DNA from: Eledone cirrhosa | Taxonomy: Eukaryota | Assembly (NCBI GenBank): GCA_964016885.1 | Contig: OZ024743.1 | Location: 337,156,001 to 337,220,000 of the forward strand | Direction of reading: 5' to 3' | DNA: 64,000 nucleotides | Shown here: positions 52,139 to 63,658 of the stretch, piece after piece | Position numbering within the stretch: the stretch's first letter is position 1 | Layout: each line of letters opens with the position of its first letter | Notes under the pieces: model-generated | Seen by the model: the letters and a program-made list of their open reading frames with translations, nothing else | The model's database searches: none | What the model was told of the DNA's origin: nothing | Made by a program: the position numbers and the translations under genes

Positions 52139-52326
52139 TACACACTCTCTCTCTCGCACTCTCTCTCTCTCTCTCACACACACACTCTCTCTCTCACATA
52201 CACACTCTTTCTCTCTCTCTCTCTCTCACACACACTCTCTCTCTCTCACATACACACTCTCTCTCTCACTCTCTCTCTCTCACACACACTCTCTCTCTCA
52301 CACACACTCTCTCTCTCACATACACA

Positions 52327-52382
<56 letters not shown>

Positions 52383-52835
52383 CTCACATACACACTCTCT
52401 CTCTCTCGCACTCTCTCTCTCTCTCTCTCTCTCTCACACTCTCTCACATACACACTCTCTCTCTCTCACACACACACTCTCTCTCTCTCACATACACACT
52501 CTCTCGCACTCTCTCTCTCACACACACACTCTCTCTCTCTCACATACACACACTCTCTCTCTCACATACACACATACTCTCTCTCACACTCTCTCTCTCA
52601 CACACACACACTTTCTCTCTCACATACACACATACTCTCTCTCACACTCTCTCTCTCTCACATACACACATACTCTCTCTCACACTCTCTCTCTCTCACA
52701 TACACACATACTCTCTCTCACACTCTCTCTCTCTCACATACACACATACTCTCTCTCTCTCACATACACACACTCTCTCTCTCACACACACACATACTCT
52801 CTCTCAGTCACTCTCTCTCTCTCTCTCTCTCTCTT
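51621..52835. repeat. 1.2-kb compound (CT)n/(CA)n microsatellite
   Basis: Direct reading. Confidence 0.95.
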
Positions 52836-53471
52836 TCAATCCTGAGGTTGTGAGTTCGATTCTCGGACCGGACTTTTCCCGCTGTTCAAGTTTACTCATC
52901 TGTAGAAATTAGTTGTGCCAAGCTGTATCGTCCATTGCCTTTCCCTTGGAGAGAGAAGACTGGCATGGCCGATTACTGGTCTTCCACAAACAACTTGTGC
53001 CTCGGTGCCAATCCCATGGTCATTCGTTCTTTATCCTATATATATATATATATAATTGGAGGCTTAGTAAAATCGAATCTCTGGCGGTGTGCAAGCAAAT
53101 TCGACCTACGATATGAATGAGTTAGCAAAGCACTCAACAAGGTAGGTCCTTAGAGTAATAACATACGTTTAAATAGCTTGACAAATTGAACATTGTGGTA
53201 GGCAAAATCTAACACACAATACCAAAGTAACGAAAGAACTAACAGGTTGAAAAAATACACCTGGACAAATCAAACGTTATACGTTTAAAGTGTTTCTATG
53301 AATTCGAAATCAAATTATCAGACTTACGTAACTGGCAATCTCGTGGTATTCGTGATCGAACAGAGGACTCACTTCTTCAACAGGAATTTCGTTCTACCAA
53401 AGAACGGGGCGAGATACTAAATGTTGCAATAAACATACGGTATATTGCCAAATATACTATACATACGTTCA

Positions 53472-53534
<63 letters not shown>

Positions 53535-54218
53535 TTTAGTACAGCATTGACGAAGCTTTAGAATACGGCCAAGCTAGCGTATATGCATAATCGGTCTGTA
53601 GCTTGAGCACTCAGATGAGGAAAGACCCCAGAGTAATAACATTACGTTCAGACAGCTTAGCAAATCAGATATAGCGGTCGGCAGTCCAGCCGCATCACTA
53701 GAGCAACGAAAATACAGGACTCAGGAAAAGATTTTATACTGACCTGGACATAGCGGTGAGGCTGAGTGCAAAATATATAACTTACATCGTATATCAACAA
53801 TATAGATCATATATCGCACCCAACATCAGCGCTAAGTTTCTGCAAATCCAAGATCGAAAAATTCCTATTGCAGGAGTCTGGAATATAATGGTTTTTGACG
53901 ACAGAACATAGGATTTACTTCTTCAGCAAGTCTTTCGTTCTTAGCCTGAGCGGGTATGTTGTAGCTTTAAATGTCGCCACAGACACGTGTTTTACTCCAA
54001 GGGAGGTAAACCCCGCTTAGGCGGTGAATTCTAATTTGAGATAAAGGAATGAATCCCTTTAGACAAACCGAATAAAGCACTCAACCAGGAGTTATTAAAC
54101 AAACATGAACAATTAATTAATCAATAGAATCATCTAATTAAATTAATCAGTTAATTGGGGCGAGATACTAAATGTTGCAATAAACATACGGTATATTGCC
54201 AAATATACTATACATACG

Positions 54219-54287
<69 letters not shown>

Positions 54288-54706
54288 TTTAGTACAGCAT
54301 TGACGAAGCTTTAGAATACGGCCAAGCTAGCGTATATGCATAATCGGTCTGTAGCTTGAGCACTCAGATGAGGAAAGACCCCAGAGTAATAACATTACGT
54401 TCAGACAGCATAGCAAATCAGATATAGCGGTCGGCAGTTCAGCCGCATCACTAATATATATGAACGTATGTATAGTATATTTGGCAATATACCGTATGTT
54501 TAATTAAGCACTTTCAGAAACATTTAGAAGACCATACGCTATCGGTTTTAAAGTAGTGACTATGTCACTTACTTCTTTTCGGCGAAAGACGGGAGAGGAG
54601 CCGAAAAGAGTCACTACTTTCTAAATGTTTTTAATTAAACATGCGGTATATTGCCAAATATACTATACATACATTCATGTATACATCGCTATTTCAGAAC
54701 ACCAAT

Positions 54707-54758
<52 letters not shown>

Positions 54759-54768
54759 GGTGTGTGTG

Positions 54769-54980
54769 TTCACACACAGAACAAAAACGCTACCCAAGGT
54801 TTTAAGGCTCAATATTGACCACACTTCCAGTATACAAGAGGGATCAAAATTGTGACGTATCTTCAGGTACTTATACAAGTTTATTAAGATAGATCACAAT
54901 TTTGATCCCTCTTGTATTCTGGAGGTGTGCTCAATATTGGGCCTTGAAACCTTGGGTTGTACTTTTGATCCTTGTATGAA
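54769..54980. repeat. Foldback (MITE-like) inverted repeat, 65-90-bp arms
   Basis: CCCAAGGTTTTAAGGCTCAATATTGACCACACTTCCAGTATACAAGAGGGATCAAAATTGTGA pairs with TCACAATTTTGATCCCTCTTGTATTCTGGAGGTGTGCTCAATATTGGGCCTTGAAACCTTGGG. Confidence 0.8.
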
Positions 54981-55069
54981 CATAAATACATATTATAACA
55001 TTTTTGCTCTATTCCTGAGTGAGAACTGCTTTCCTTTTCACACCTACGGATATTGCTATACATACATAC

Positions 55070-55652
55070 ATACATGGTGGCTGCCAACTCGTTTTCGAGT
55101 ACAGCCACTACTTTATATCCATGTAGGAGAACCCCTACCGATGCGCTGAACGAGTGTGACTCTTTAGTCCAGCCAGCGACTTGAAAACTCTGGTACAAAC
55201 ACTACACTTGTGACAATTATTGACACATAGTGCTGGGCCCATGGTACCATGTGACGACAAGTGCAGAGAGATCTCCAGATATAAAGCAATGCCTGTGCCG
55301 TGAAGCTTTTATAGGGAGCAAAGGCACTGCACAAAGCCAGTCCCATTCTCTTAAACAAGATGATATTTACCAAAATGAAGAACAAGTCAACATCATTGGA
55401 TACCATCAGGGTTGCAGGTGTTATATCGGAGTTTTCCTTCTCCTAGAATTCTGCCTTGACAAAGGCTAAGGGGTCATCTCTCCCGGTGATTTTGGATGGC
55501 CATTGACTCTTAAGAGCTCCTTTGCCCTTTGACAGGTTTTGTTTTTAGTCCTGCAGGATGTCCAAAGTCACCCTCCTCACCAAGAAACCTTGGTGGGGTT
55601 GCCGACCCGACCATGAGACAAGTTGTACTGGGATACATGTTACCAGTAGCAC
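55070..55652 (-). mobile_element. Short non-autonomous RTE-derived element with (TATG)n tail
   Basis: The minus strand contains TCTAGGAGAAGGAAAACTC (RTE 5'-UTR-like) and ends CTCGAAAACGAGTTGGCAGCCACCAT(GTAT)n. Related copies lie at 60322-60747, 60812-61190 and 61208-61575. Confidence 0.6.
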
Positions 55653-55704
55653 ATACATACATAATACATGCATACATACATACATACATACATACATACA
55701 TACA

Positions 55705-55737
<33 letters not shown>

Positions 55738-55897
55738 GTCCTTGATTAAGACAATTTATTTCACGTGGCTCCTTCTGCTTGGATTTGCGATCTACAGATA
55801 GTATTAGCAATTGGAAAGACCAATGGAAACATTGTTTCCCCGGTCAGATTTGCCGAGCTCCACCCAACTTGTTAAGTGAATGAGGTCTGCGATCTTG

Positions 55898-55961
<64 letters not shown>

Positions 55962-56013
55962 GTTGATTTAAAACTTCACTGCTCGCAAGTGTTTTTTAAG
56001 CTTCATATCATGT

Positions 56014-56097
56014 CTTCCTATTTTATCTGATGAGAACGCAAATATCATCCCATGATGATATTTGTTTTTGAAATGCGCATAATAAAATACATGGAAG
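56014..56097 (+). ncRNA. Type I hammerhead ribozyme
   Basis: CUUCC-UAUUUUAU-CUGAUGA-[GAACG CAAAUAUCAUC ccau GAUGAUAUUUG UUUUU]-GAAA-UGCGCA-UA^-AUAAAAUA-cau-GGAAG. Stem I is 8 bp + 5 bp, stem II 11 bp, with an intact core. Confidence 0.8.
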
Positions 56098-56222
56098 TCT
56101 TTTAACCATCTTTTGATTTTATATTATTTATACTCCAGTCCTATAAACTGTTGAGTGCTACTTATCCGATTTTTGTATTGCTTTATTCTGCTACAATAAA
56201 ACTCACCTCTTATATATTATAT

Positions 56223-56275
<53 letters not shown>

Positions 56276-56476
56276 ATTTCAGCTCAGGAATTAACGAAAA
56301 ACACTTCCGAGTTGTGTGGCAAGCGCTCGATAATTCATATGAATTAGAGCTACAACTTACGTTAAAGGCCAAACACACTGAGATGGTGGTTAAACTAATC
56401 ATCCGCACAGCGAAAAAACGACCGTCTAATTCGGGTCAAGCCGATATAAAAATATATAAAAATATATATGGTTGAA

Positions 56477-56556
<80 letters not shown>

Positions 56557-56620
56557 ATATATATATATATATATAGTGACGAAACATAAGTCAATTGCAT
56601 GAACTCATAATCCTTAATTT

Positions 56621-56676
56621 ACTGCTATATATATTTCGATGATAGCCATTGAATGGCTATGACCTCATCAGGCAGT
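56621..56676 (-). ncRNA. Type I hammerhead ribozyme
   Basis: Minus strand: ACUGC-CUGAUGA-[GGU c AUAGCCAU uca AUGGCUAU c AUC]-GAAA-UAUAUA-UA^-GCAGU. Confidence 0.75.
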
Positions 56677-56737
56677 TAGTCAGTTCTTAGATATGACAGC
56701 TCTGTGTTTATAGTGTTGATGGTATCAGAGCCTTGGG

Positions 56738-56792
<55 letters not shown>

Positions 56793-56895
56793 GGAAATAA
56801 ATGAAACGAAATTTCATTTCTCACTCTTAGTACGGCTGTTACTTAAATATAAGTATGTATTCGTACATACATACATGTATACAGACGTACAGTAG

Positions 56896-56957
<62 letters not shown>

Positions 56958-57079
56958 CATGCACACATATATATATGTACGTATGGATTCATCGAACATT
57001 TATTATAATGCTCGGTGTGTTTGTAAACAAACATCCCGAATTAAGCCGTACAGTGTCTAGCAACCATCGTTGCTCATTT

Positions 57080-57165
57080 GTTCAACACTAACAAAGGAAC
57101 GCGTACTAGTTTCAAGCTTATTAGCTATCGTCAGCAACGTATACCTTCCTGCCAGATGGTTGAAC
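57080..57165 (-). ncRNA. Type I hammerhead ribozyme (inverted copy of 57412-57498, 1-nt deletion in stem I)
   Basis: Minus strand: CGUUG-CUGACGA-U AGCU aaua AGCU U-GAAA-CUAG-UA^-C(-)GCG. Confidence 0.65.
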
Positions 57166-57411
57166 GTCTAAAAGTATATACTTTCCTTATGCATATTAAC
57201 GGCTGAGCAGCCTAATTTGCATATCGAGTGAGTTAATGTATGTACGTATACATACTTATATTTAAGTAACAGCCGTACTAAGAGTGAGAAATGAAATTTC
57301 GTTTCATTTTTTCCGTTTATCGTTTTCGGTACCCCGGCCGATAACTCACTCGATATGCAAATTAGGCTGCTCAGCCGTTAATATGCATAAGGAAAGTATA
57401 TACTTTCCGAC

Positions 57412-57498
57412 GTTCAACCATCTGGCAGGAAGGTATACGTTGCTGACGATAGCTAATAAGCTTGAAACTAGTACAGCGTTCCTTTGTCAGTGTTGAAC
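57412..57498 (+). ncRNA. Type I hammerhead ribozyme
   Basis: CGUUG-CUGACGA-U AGCU aaua AGCU U-GAAA-CUAG-UA^-CAGCG. Extended stem I: CUGGCA..AAGG / CCUUUGUCAG and GUUCAAC / GUUGAAC. Confidence 0.8.
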
Positions 57499-57626
57499 AA
57501 ATGAGCAACGATGGTTGCTAGACACTGTACGGTTTAATTCGGGATGTTTGTTTACAAACATACCGAGCATTATAATAAATGTTCGGTGAATCCATACGTA
57601 CACATATATATGTGTGCATGTATGCG

Positions 57627-57669
<43 letters not shown>

Positions 57670-57726
57670 TACTGTACGTCTGTATACATGTATGTATGTA
57701 CGTATACATACTTATATATATATATA

Positions 57727-59348
57727 TATTCTATAGCGATTAGGTCTTCAAAATGTTTATTATAAACATACAGAATATTTTCGAATATTCTATGTCTATA
57801 TTCACATATATATCGCTATTTCAGAGCATTTATTCCAATTTCTAATTTCTGCCGGACCGGCAACCGCTCTTTCAAACCAGTTCCTGTACACAGCTAAGTA
57901 TTCTATAAGTCTCTAGCTGTGTCATTCTCGATAAAAGCACTGGATATGTAGTCCTGATGATTTCTAACGAGAATGAAACGCGTAGATTACTTCCCTTGCT
58001 TTTATCGAGAATCTAATTGTAATACGTGACGTATTCTATTCTATAGCGATTAGGTCTTCAAAATGTTTATTATAAACATACAGAATATTTTCGAATATTC
58101 TATGTCTATATTCACATATATATCGCTATTTCAGAGCATTTATTCCAATTTCTAATTTCTGCCGGACCGGCAACCGCTCTTTCAAACCAGTTCCTGTACA
58201 CAGCTAAGTATTCTATAAGTCTCTAGCTGTGTCATTCTCGATAAAAGCACTGGATATGTAGTCCTGATGATTTCTAACGAGAATGAAACGCGTAGATTAC
58301 TTCCCTTGCTTTTATCGAGAATCTAATTGTAATACGTGACGTATTCTATTCTATAGCGATTAGGTCTTCAAAATGTTTATTATAAACATACAGAATATTT
58401 TCGAATATTCTATGTCTATATTCACATATATATCGCTATTTCAGAGCATTTATTCCAATTTCTAATTTCTGCCGGACCGGCAACCGCTCTTTCAAACCAG
58501 TTCCTGTACACAGCTAAGTATTCTATAAGTCTCTAGCTGTGTCATTCTCGATAAAAGCACTGGATATGTAGTCCTGATGATTTCTAACGAGAATGAAACG
58601 CGTAGATTACTTCCCTTGCTTTTATCGAGAATCTAATTGTAATACGTGACGTATTCTATTCTATAGCGATTAGGTCTTCAAAATGTTTATTATAAACATA
58701 CAGAATATTTTCGAATATTCTATGTCTATATTCACATATATATCGCTATTTCAGAGCATTTATTCCAATTTCTAATTTCTGCCGGACCGGCAACCGCTCT
58801 TTCAAACCAGTTCCTGTACACAGCTAAGTATTCTATAAGTCTCTAGCTGTGTCATTCTCGATAAAAGCACTGGATATGTAGTCCTGATGATTTCTAACGA
58901 GAATGAAACGCGTAGATTACTTCCCTTGCTTTTATCGAGAATCTAATTGTAATACGTGACGTATTCTATTCTATAGCGATTAGGTCTTCAAAATGTTTAT
59001 TATAAACATACAGAATATTTTCGAATATTCTATGTCTATATTCACATATATATCGCTATTTCAGAGCATTTATTCCAATTTCTAATTTCTGCCGGACCGG
59101 CAACCGCTCTTTCAAACCAGTTCCTGTACACAGCTAAGTATTCTATAAGTCTCTAGCTGTGTCATTCTCGATAAAAGCACTGGATATGTAGTCCTGATGA
59201 TTTCTAACGAGAATGAAACGCGTAGATTACTTCCCTTGCTTTTATCGAGAATCTAATTGTAATACGTGACGTATTCTATTCTATAGCGATTAGGTCTTCA
59301 AAATGTTTATTATAAACATACAGAATATTTTCGAATATTCTATGTCTA

Positions 59349-59352
<4 letters not shown>
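57727..59352 (+). mobile_element. 310-bp tandem array (5 full units + partial), one hammerhead ribozyme per unit: candidate non-LTR retrozyme
   Basis: CTATAGCGATTAGG recurs at 57731, 58041, 58351, 58661, 58971 and 59281. Units look identical, have no long ORF and are flanked by (TA)n on both sides. Confidence 0.85.
57924..58012 (+). ncRNA. Type I hammerhead ribozyme of the 310-bp unit (copies at +310, +620, +930, +1240)
   Basis: AUUCUCGAUAAAAGCA-cuggauau-GUAGUC-CUGAUGA-U UUCU aacg AGAA U-GAAA-CGCG-UA^-GAUUAC-uucccu-UGCUUUUAUCGAGAAU. Stem I is 6 bp plus a perfect 16-bp extension; predicted cleavage after 57984. Confidence 0.85.
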
Positions 59353-59424
<72 letters not shown>

Positions 59425-59675
59425 GTTAGGGAACTGGTAGAGCTGTTAATAAGATCTGACACCAGGGTCAGATCCTGTTCAAGATCCTGTCACCTGCACT
59501 AAATGCGGATTGATGTATATATCACCAGCTGGGTTGAGGTGCCATTAGAGGCATAAACATAAAACAATGAACTGAAAAGACTGTTGAACCCTCATACGTC
59601 GAATCGACGGGAGAGTCCATCATCATATATACATATATACATACAAACACTCGTGGCGTATTATTATGGTCCATC

Positions 59676-59862
59676 ATGGCGGTGGATTGGCAGTATCGGT
59701 AGAGGGTCGGACGCCATACTTTGATGCATAGAGTTACGGCCCTTTCCATTCTGAGTTCAAATCCCGCCGAGGTTAACTTTGCCCTTACGGGGTCGATAAA
59801 ATAAAATACCAGTAATGCACTGGGTAATTGCTGGCCTTGTGCCTAAAATAGAAACAATTATT
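59676..59862 (+). mobile_element. tRNA-derived SINE (same family as 20152-20338)
   Basis: Near-identical head, B-box and tail. Confidence 0.75.
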
Positions 59863-60713
59863 ACCATCAATAAGAATGCACTCTTTTGTTAGAAAAAAAT
59901 CTAGGCAATATGAGTAATATGTATATAAAAATGTTTTCTTCGTAATGAAAGACTTCATTATAATCAGAAAATAATCTCACAGATGTGTGTGTTTGAGCAT
60001 GTGTGTGTTCGTACGCATGAGTATTTGTGTTTGTGTAGGCATGCATTCGTACACGTGTGTTTATGTGTATGTATATGTGTATATTCGTACGCGTGTGTCA
60101 ATGTGTATGTATAGGTGTGTACACTTCTATAGATGTATATATCTATGCGCGTGTAGATGTATATATCTATGCGTGTCTATGTAGGTGTAGGCGTATATTC
60201 GTACGCGTGTGTCTGTGTATGTGTGTATTTGTATGATTGTGTCTATGTGCATATCTACATAAATACATGCATACGTACGTACATACATACATACATACAT
60301 ATATACATACCTACATACATGCATGGTGGCTGCCAACTCGTTTTCGAGTACGGCCACTACTTTATATCCATGTAGGAGAACTACCGATGCGCTGAACGAG
60401 TGTGACTTTTTAGTCCAGCCAGCGACTTGAAAACTCTGGTACAAACACTACACCTGTGATAATTATTGACACATAGTGCTGGGCCCATGGTACCATGTGA
60501 CGACAAGTGCAGAGAGATCTCCAGATATAAAGCAATGCCTGTGCCGTGAAGCTTTTATAGTGAGCAAAGACACTGCACAAAGCCAGTACCACTCTCTTAA
60601 CCAAGATGATATTTACCAAAAAGAAGAACAAGTCAACATCATTGGATACCATCAGGTTGCAGGTGTTATATCAGAGTTTTCCTTCTCCTTGAATTCTGCC
60701 TTGACAAAGGCTA

Positions 60714-60857
<144 letters not shown>

Positions 60858-61689
60858 TTATTAATAATTATTAATTAATTCTATCCTGCAATGCCTGTGC
60901 GTGAAGATATTTTTTAAAGTGAGGAAAGACTGTGCACTGAGCCAATACCACTCTCTGAGCGACAGTAGCTATAACCCGAAAAGAAGAAAAGATCAACATC
61001 ATCGGTAACTACTGATCCGCAGGTTTTATATTGGAGTTTATGTCGGGTCACTCTTGAGTGCTACTGGTAACATGTAACCCAGAACAACCTGTCACACGGT
61101 CGTGTCATCGGCAACTAAACCGGCAACCCCACCAATTTTACTTGGTGAGGAGGGTGATTTTGGACACCCTGCAGGACAAAAAACAAAACATACATACATA
61201 AATGATGATGGCTGCCCCCTCGTTATCGAGTATGACCATTGCACGATATACCGTTATTAGTAATTATTAATTAATTCCATCGTACAATGCCTGTGCGCAA
61301 AGATTTTTTTAAAGTGAAGAAAGACTGTGCACTGAACAAATCCCACTCTCTGAGCGACAGTAGCTATTATAACCCGAAAAGAAGAAAAGATCAACATCAT
61401 CTGTAACTACTGAGCCGCAGGTTTTATATCGGAGTTATCCCAGTTTCCTGAGTTGCCTTCTCCTAGAAGAAGGCCTTGACAAAGGCAGTTGACTCTTATG
61501 AGTTCTTCCGCCCTTTGTCAGGTTTTGTTTTTTGTCCTGCAGGGTGTCCAAAATCGCCCTTCTCACCAAGTAAACTTGGGGGGGGGGGGGTTAGTCGCGA
61601 ACGTACATACAAAATGAACGGATTGACGTTATAACCTCTACATTCAGATGACAGTTATTCGTATATTGGACAGGATGAGAATGTCTGGT

Positions 61690-61935
61690 ATGATGGACCC
61701 ATAAGTAAGGAGAGGACCAGGAATGAATACCTCAGGAGAGTATGGTCATAGAGAACTTTCAGCGTACAAGCGCATCGCCCATAATACAATAGCTGTGTCC
61801 ACCCCGACGCTGAACTTGTCATTGCAAGAACTGAGGGAGATTGATAGAAGTACTAGAAAGCTGCTCAGTGTTACTGGATACTTTAACCTTAATGGTGATG
61901 TGGATATGCTATATTTCTCACGTAAGGGTGGTGGA
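61690..61935 (+). pseudogene. Dong/R4-like LINE RT fragment
   Basis: ELREIDRSTRKLLSVTGYFNLNGDVDMLYFSRKGGG resembles R4/Dong IDRKTRKLL..HPxSDVDRLYxxRKxGG. Confidence 0.6.
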
Positions 61936-61947
61936 GTCTCCACTGAT

Positions 61948-62493
61948 TAACCGACACAAAGTAAAACTAGGATACTCCTGCGCTAAGAACATGAAGGCCC
62001 ACATCACCAACAGCCCTAAGAACAACACCCCACCAGGGTGCTCTTGCCGTAAGCCCGAAGCTCGTCCCCTTCAACAGCAATGCAACACATCCGTCTGCTG
62101 TAGTTTATGAAGCTGTGGTCACTTCCAACCGACCAAATCAACCACAGGAGGTCAAATCCTATGTGGGTATGGCGGAGGGCTGATTTAAAGAATGCTTCCT
62201 GAACCTACAATCCGACCTTTAGGTACCCGGACAGACGTTCATCCACGAAACTCGCGAGCCACGTATGGTCCCTCAAGGACTCAAGTATAGACTACTCCAT
62301 TCAATGGAAAGTCATCACTAAGTCCAAGCCATACGCAAGAGGCAATCCGTCGTGTGGACTATGTATTGATGAAAGAATAAATATTCTAAAGAGATTACGC
62401 AATAGTGATTGCCTAAACACGAGAAATGAATTCTTCACACGTTGTCCACACGTTTGGAAACACCTCTTACATAACTACAAAGCTCCGGATTGA
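61948..62493 (+). pseudogene. Penelope-like element 3' remnant (Cys-linker + GIY-YIG endonuclease)
   Basis: NRHKVKLGYSCAKNM..GCSCRKPEARPLQQQC, VVYEAVV..KSYVGMAEG, STKLASHVWSLKD..IQWKVI..CGLCIDERINIL..CLNTRNEFFTRCPH; frameshifted. Confidence 0.75.
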
Positions 62494-62655
62494 ATTACAA
62501 CAACATCCTAATTTTCTTATCAACTAAAAACTTTCGGACTTTCGCAGTTATCTCCCTTACACCTCTCGCACGCAATTTAGTATTGCCTGTGTGAAGTGAT
62601 CGTTTCTGTGCATGCGCGTTCGAACGGTTGTCCTTCCTGTTCCGTATAACCATGT

Positions 62656-62704
62656 CCATTACGAGCTGAGGATCCGTAAGGTGAAACAATTGTTCTCAGT
62701 ATGG
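62656..62704 (+). ncRNA. Minimal type I hammerhead ribozyme in the 3' repeat of the Penelope-like remnant
   Basis: CCAU-UAC-GAG-CUGAGGA-U CC guaa GG U-GAAA-CAAUUG-UU^-CUC-a-GUA-UGG, ~165 nt downstream of the GIY-YIG stop on the same strand. Confidence 0.75.
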
Positions 62705-62904
62705 TGAACTAACTGTTGTGTAACGACTTCTATATATATATATGGAAAAAGATGAGTATTGACTCCCATGTACGTCAATTCTCATCTTTTTCCATTCTCT
62801 GAGGCTTCTAAACCCCACTATCAGGCTAAAAATTTCTTTAGTAAAAAATGCGGTGAAAGCTTATATTTCTAATTTCAAACTCGCTCACTGTTTCAAAACA
62901 TACT

Positions 62905-62982
<78 letters not shown>

Positions 62983-63251
62983 TATATAAATACATTATAA
63001 GAGAGATAGACAGACTGGCTGGCAGTCAGACAGACTGATAGCTAGACAGACGGATAGAGAGATAGACTTACTGGCAGTCAGACAGAGAGACTGATAGCTA
63101 GACAGATAGACAGTCAGACTGACTGACAAAAGATGTACAGACAGGCAGAGATGAAAAATAAAATGAATCAGATTGGGGGAGACTATGACATCGAAATAAA
63201 GAGAGTGCCAGGGAGAGGAGGGGAATGAAAGAGAGAGAGAGAGAGTGAGAC

Positions 63252-63306
<55 letters not shown>

Positions 63307-63312
63307 CAGACA

Positions 63313-63412
<100 letters not shown>

Positions 63413-63594
63413 CAAGAAGGAAGATAGATAGAGAGAAAGAACGAGAGAGAGAGAGACTTTGACAGAGAGATAGAGACAGACACACAAATATAAAGAGAAA
63501 GAGGGGAAGAGAGACACACAAATATAAAGAGATAAATAGAGCGCGAGTGATTGAGAGAGAGAGTGAAAGAGAGAGAGAGATGGGAAAGAGGGAG

Positions 63595-63658
<64 letters not shown>

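Noticed and set aside
53540-53590. UUGACGA-AGCUU..AAGCU hammerhead-like motif (also at 54295)
   Set aside because: C3 is changed and GAAA is absent.
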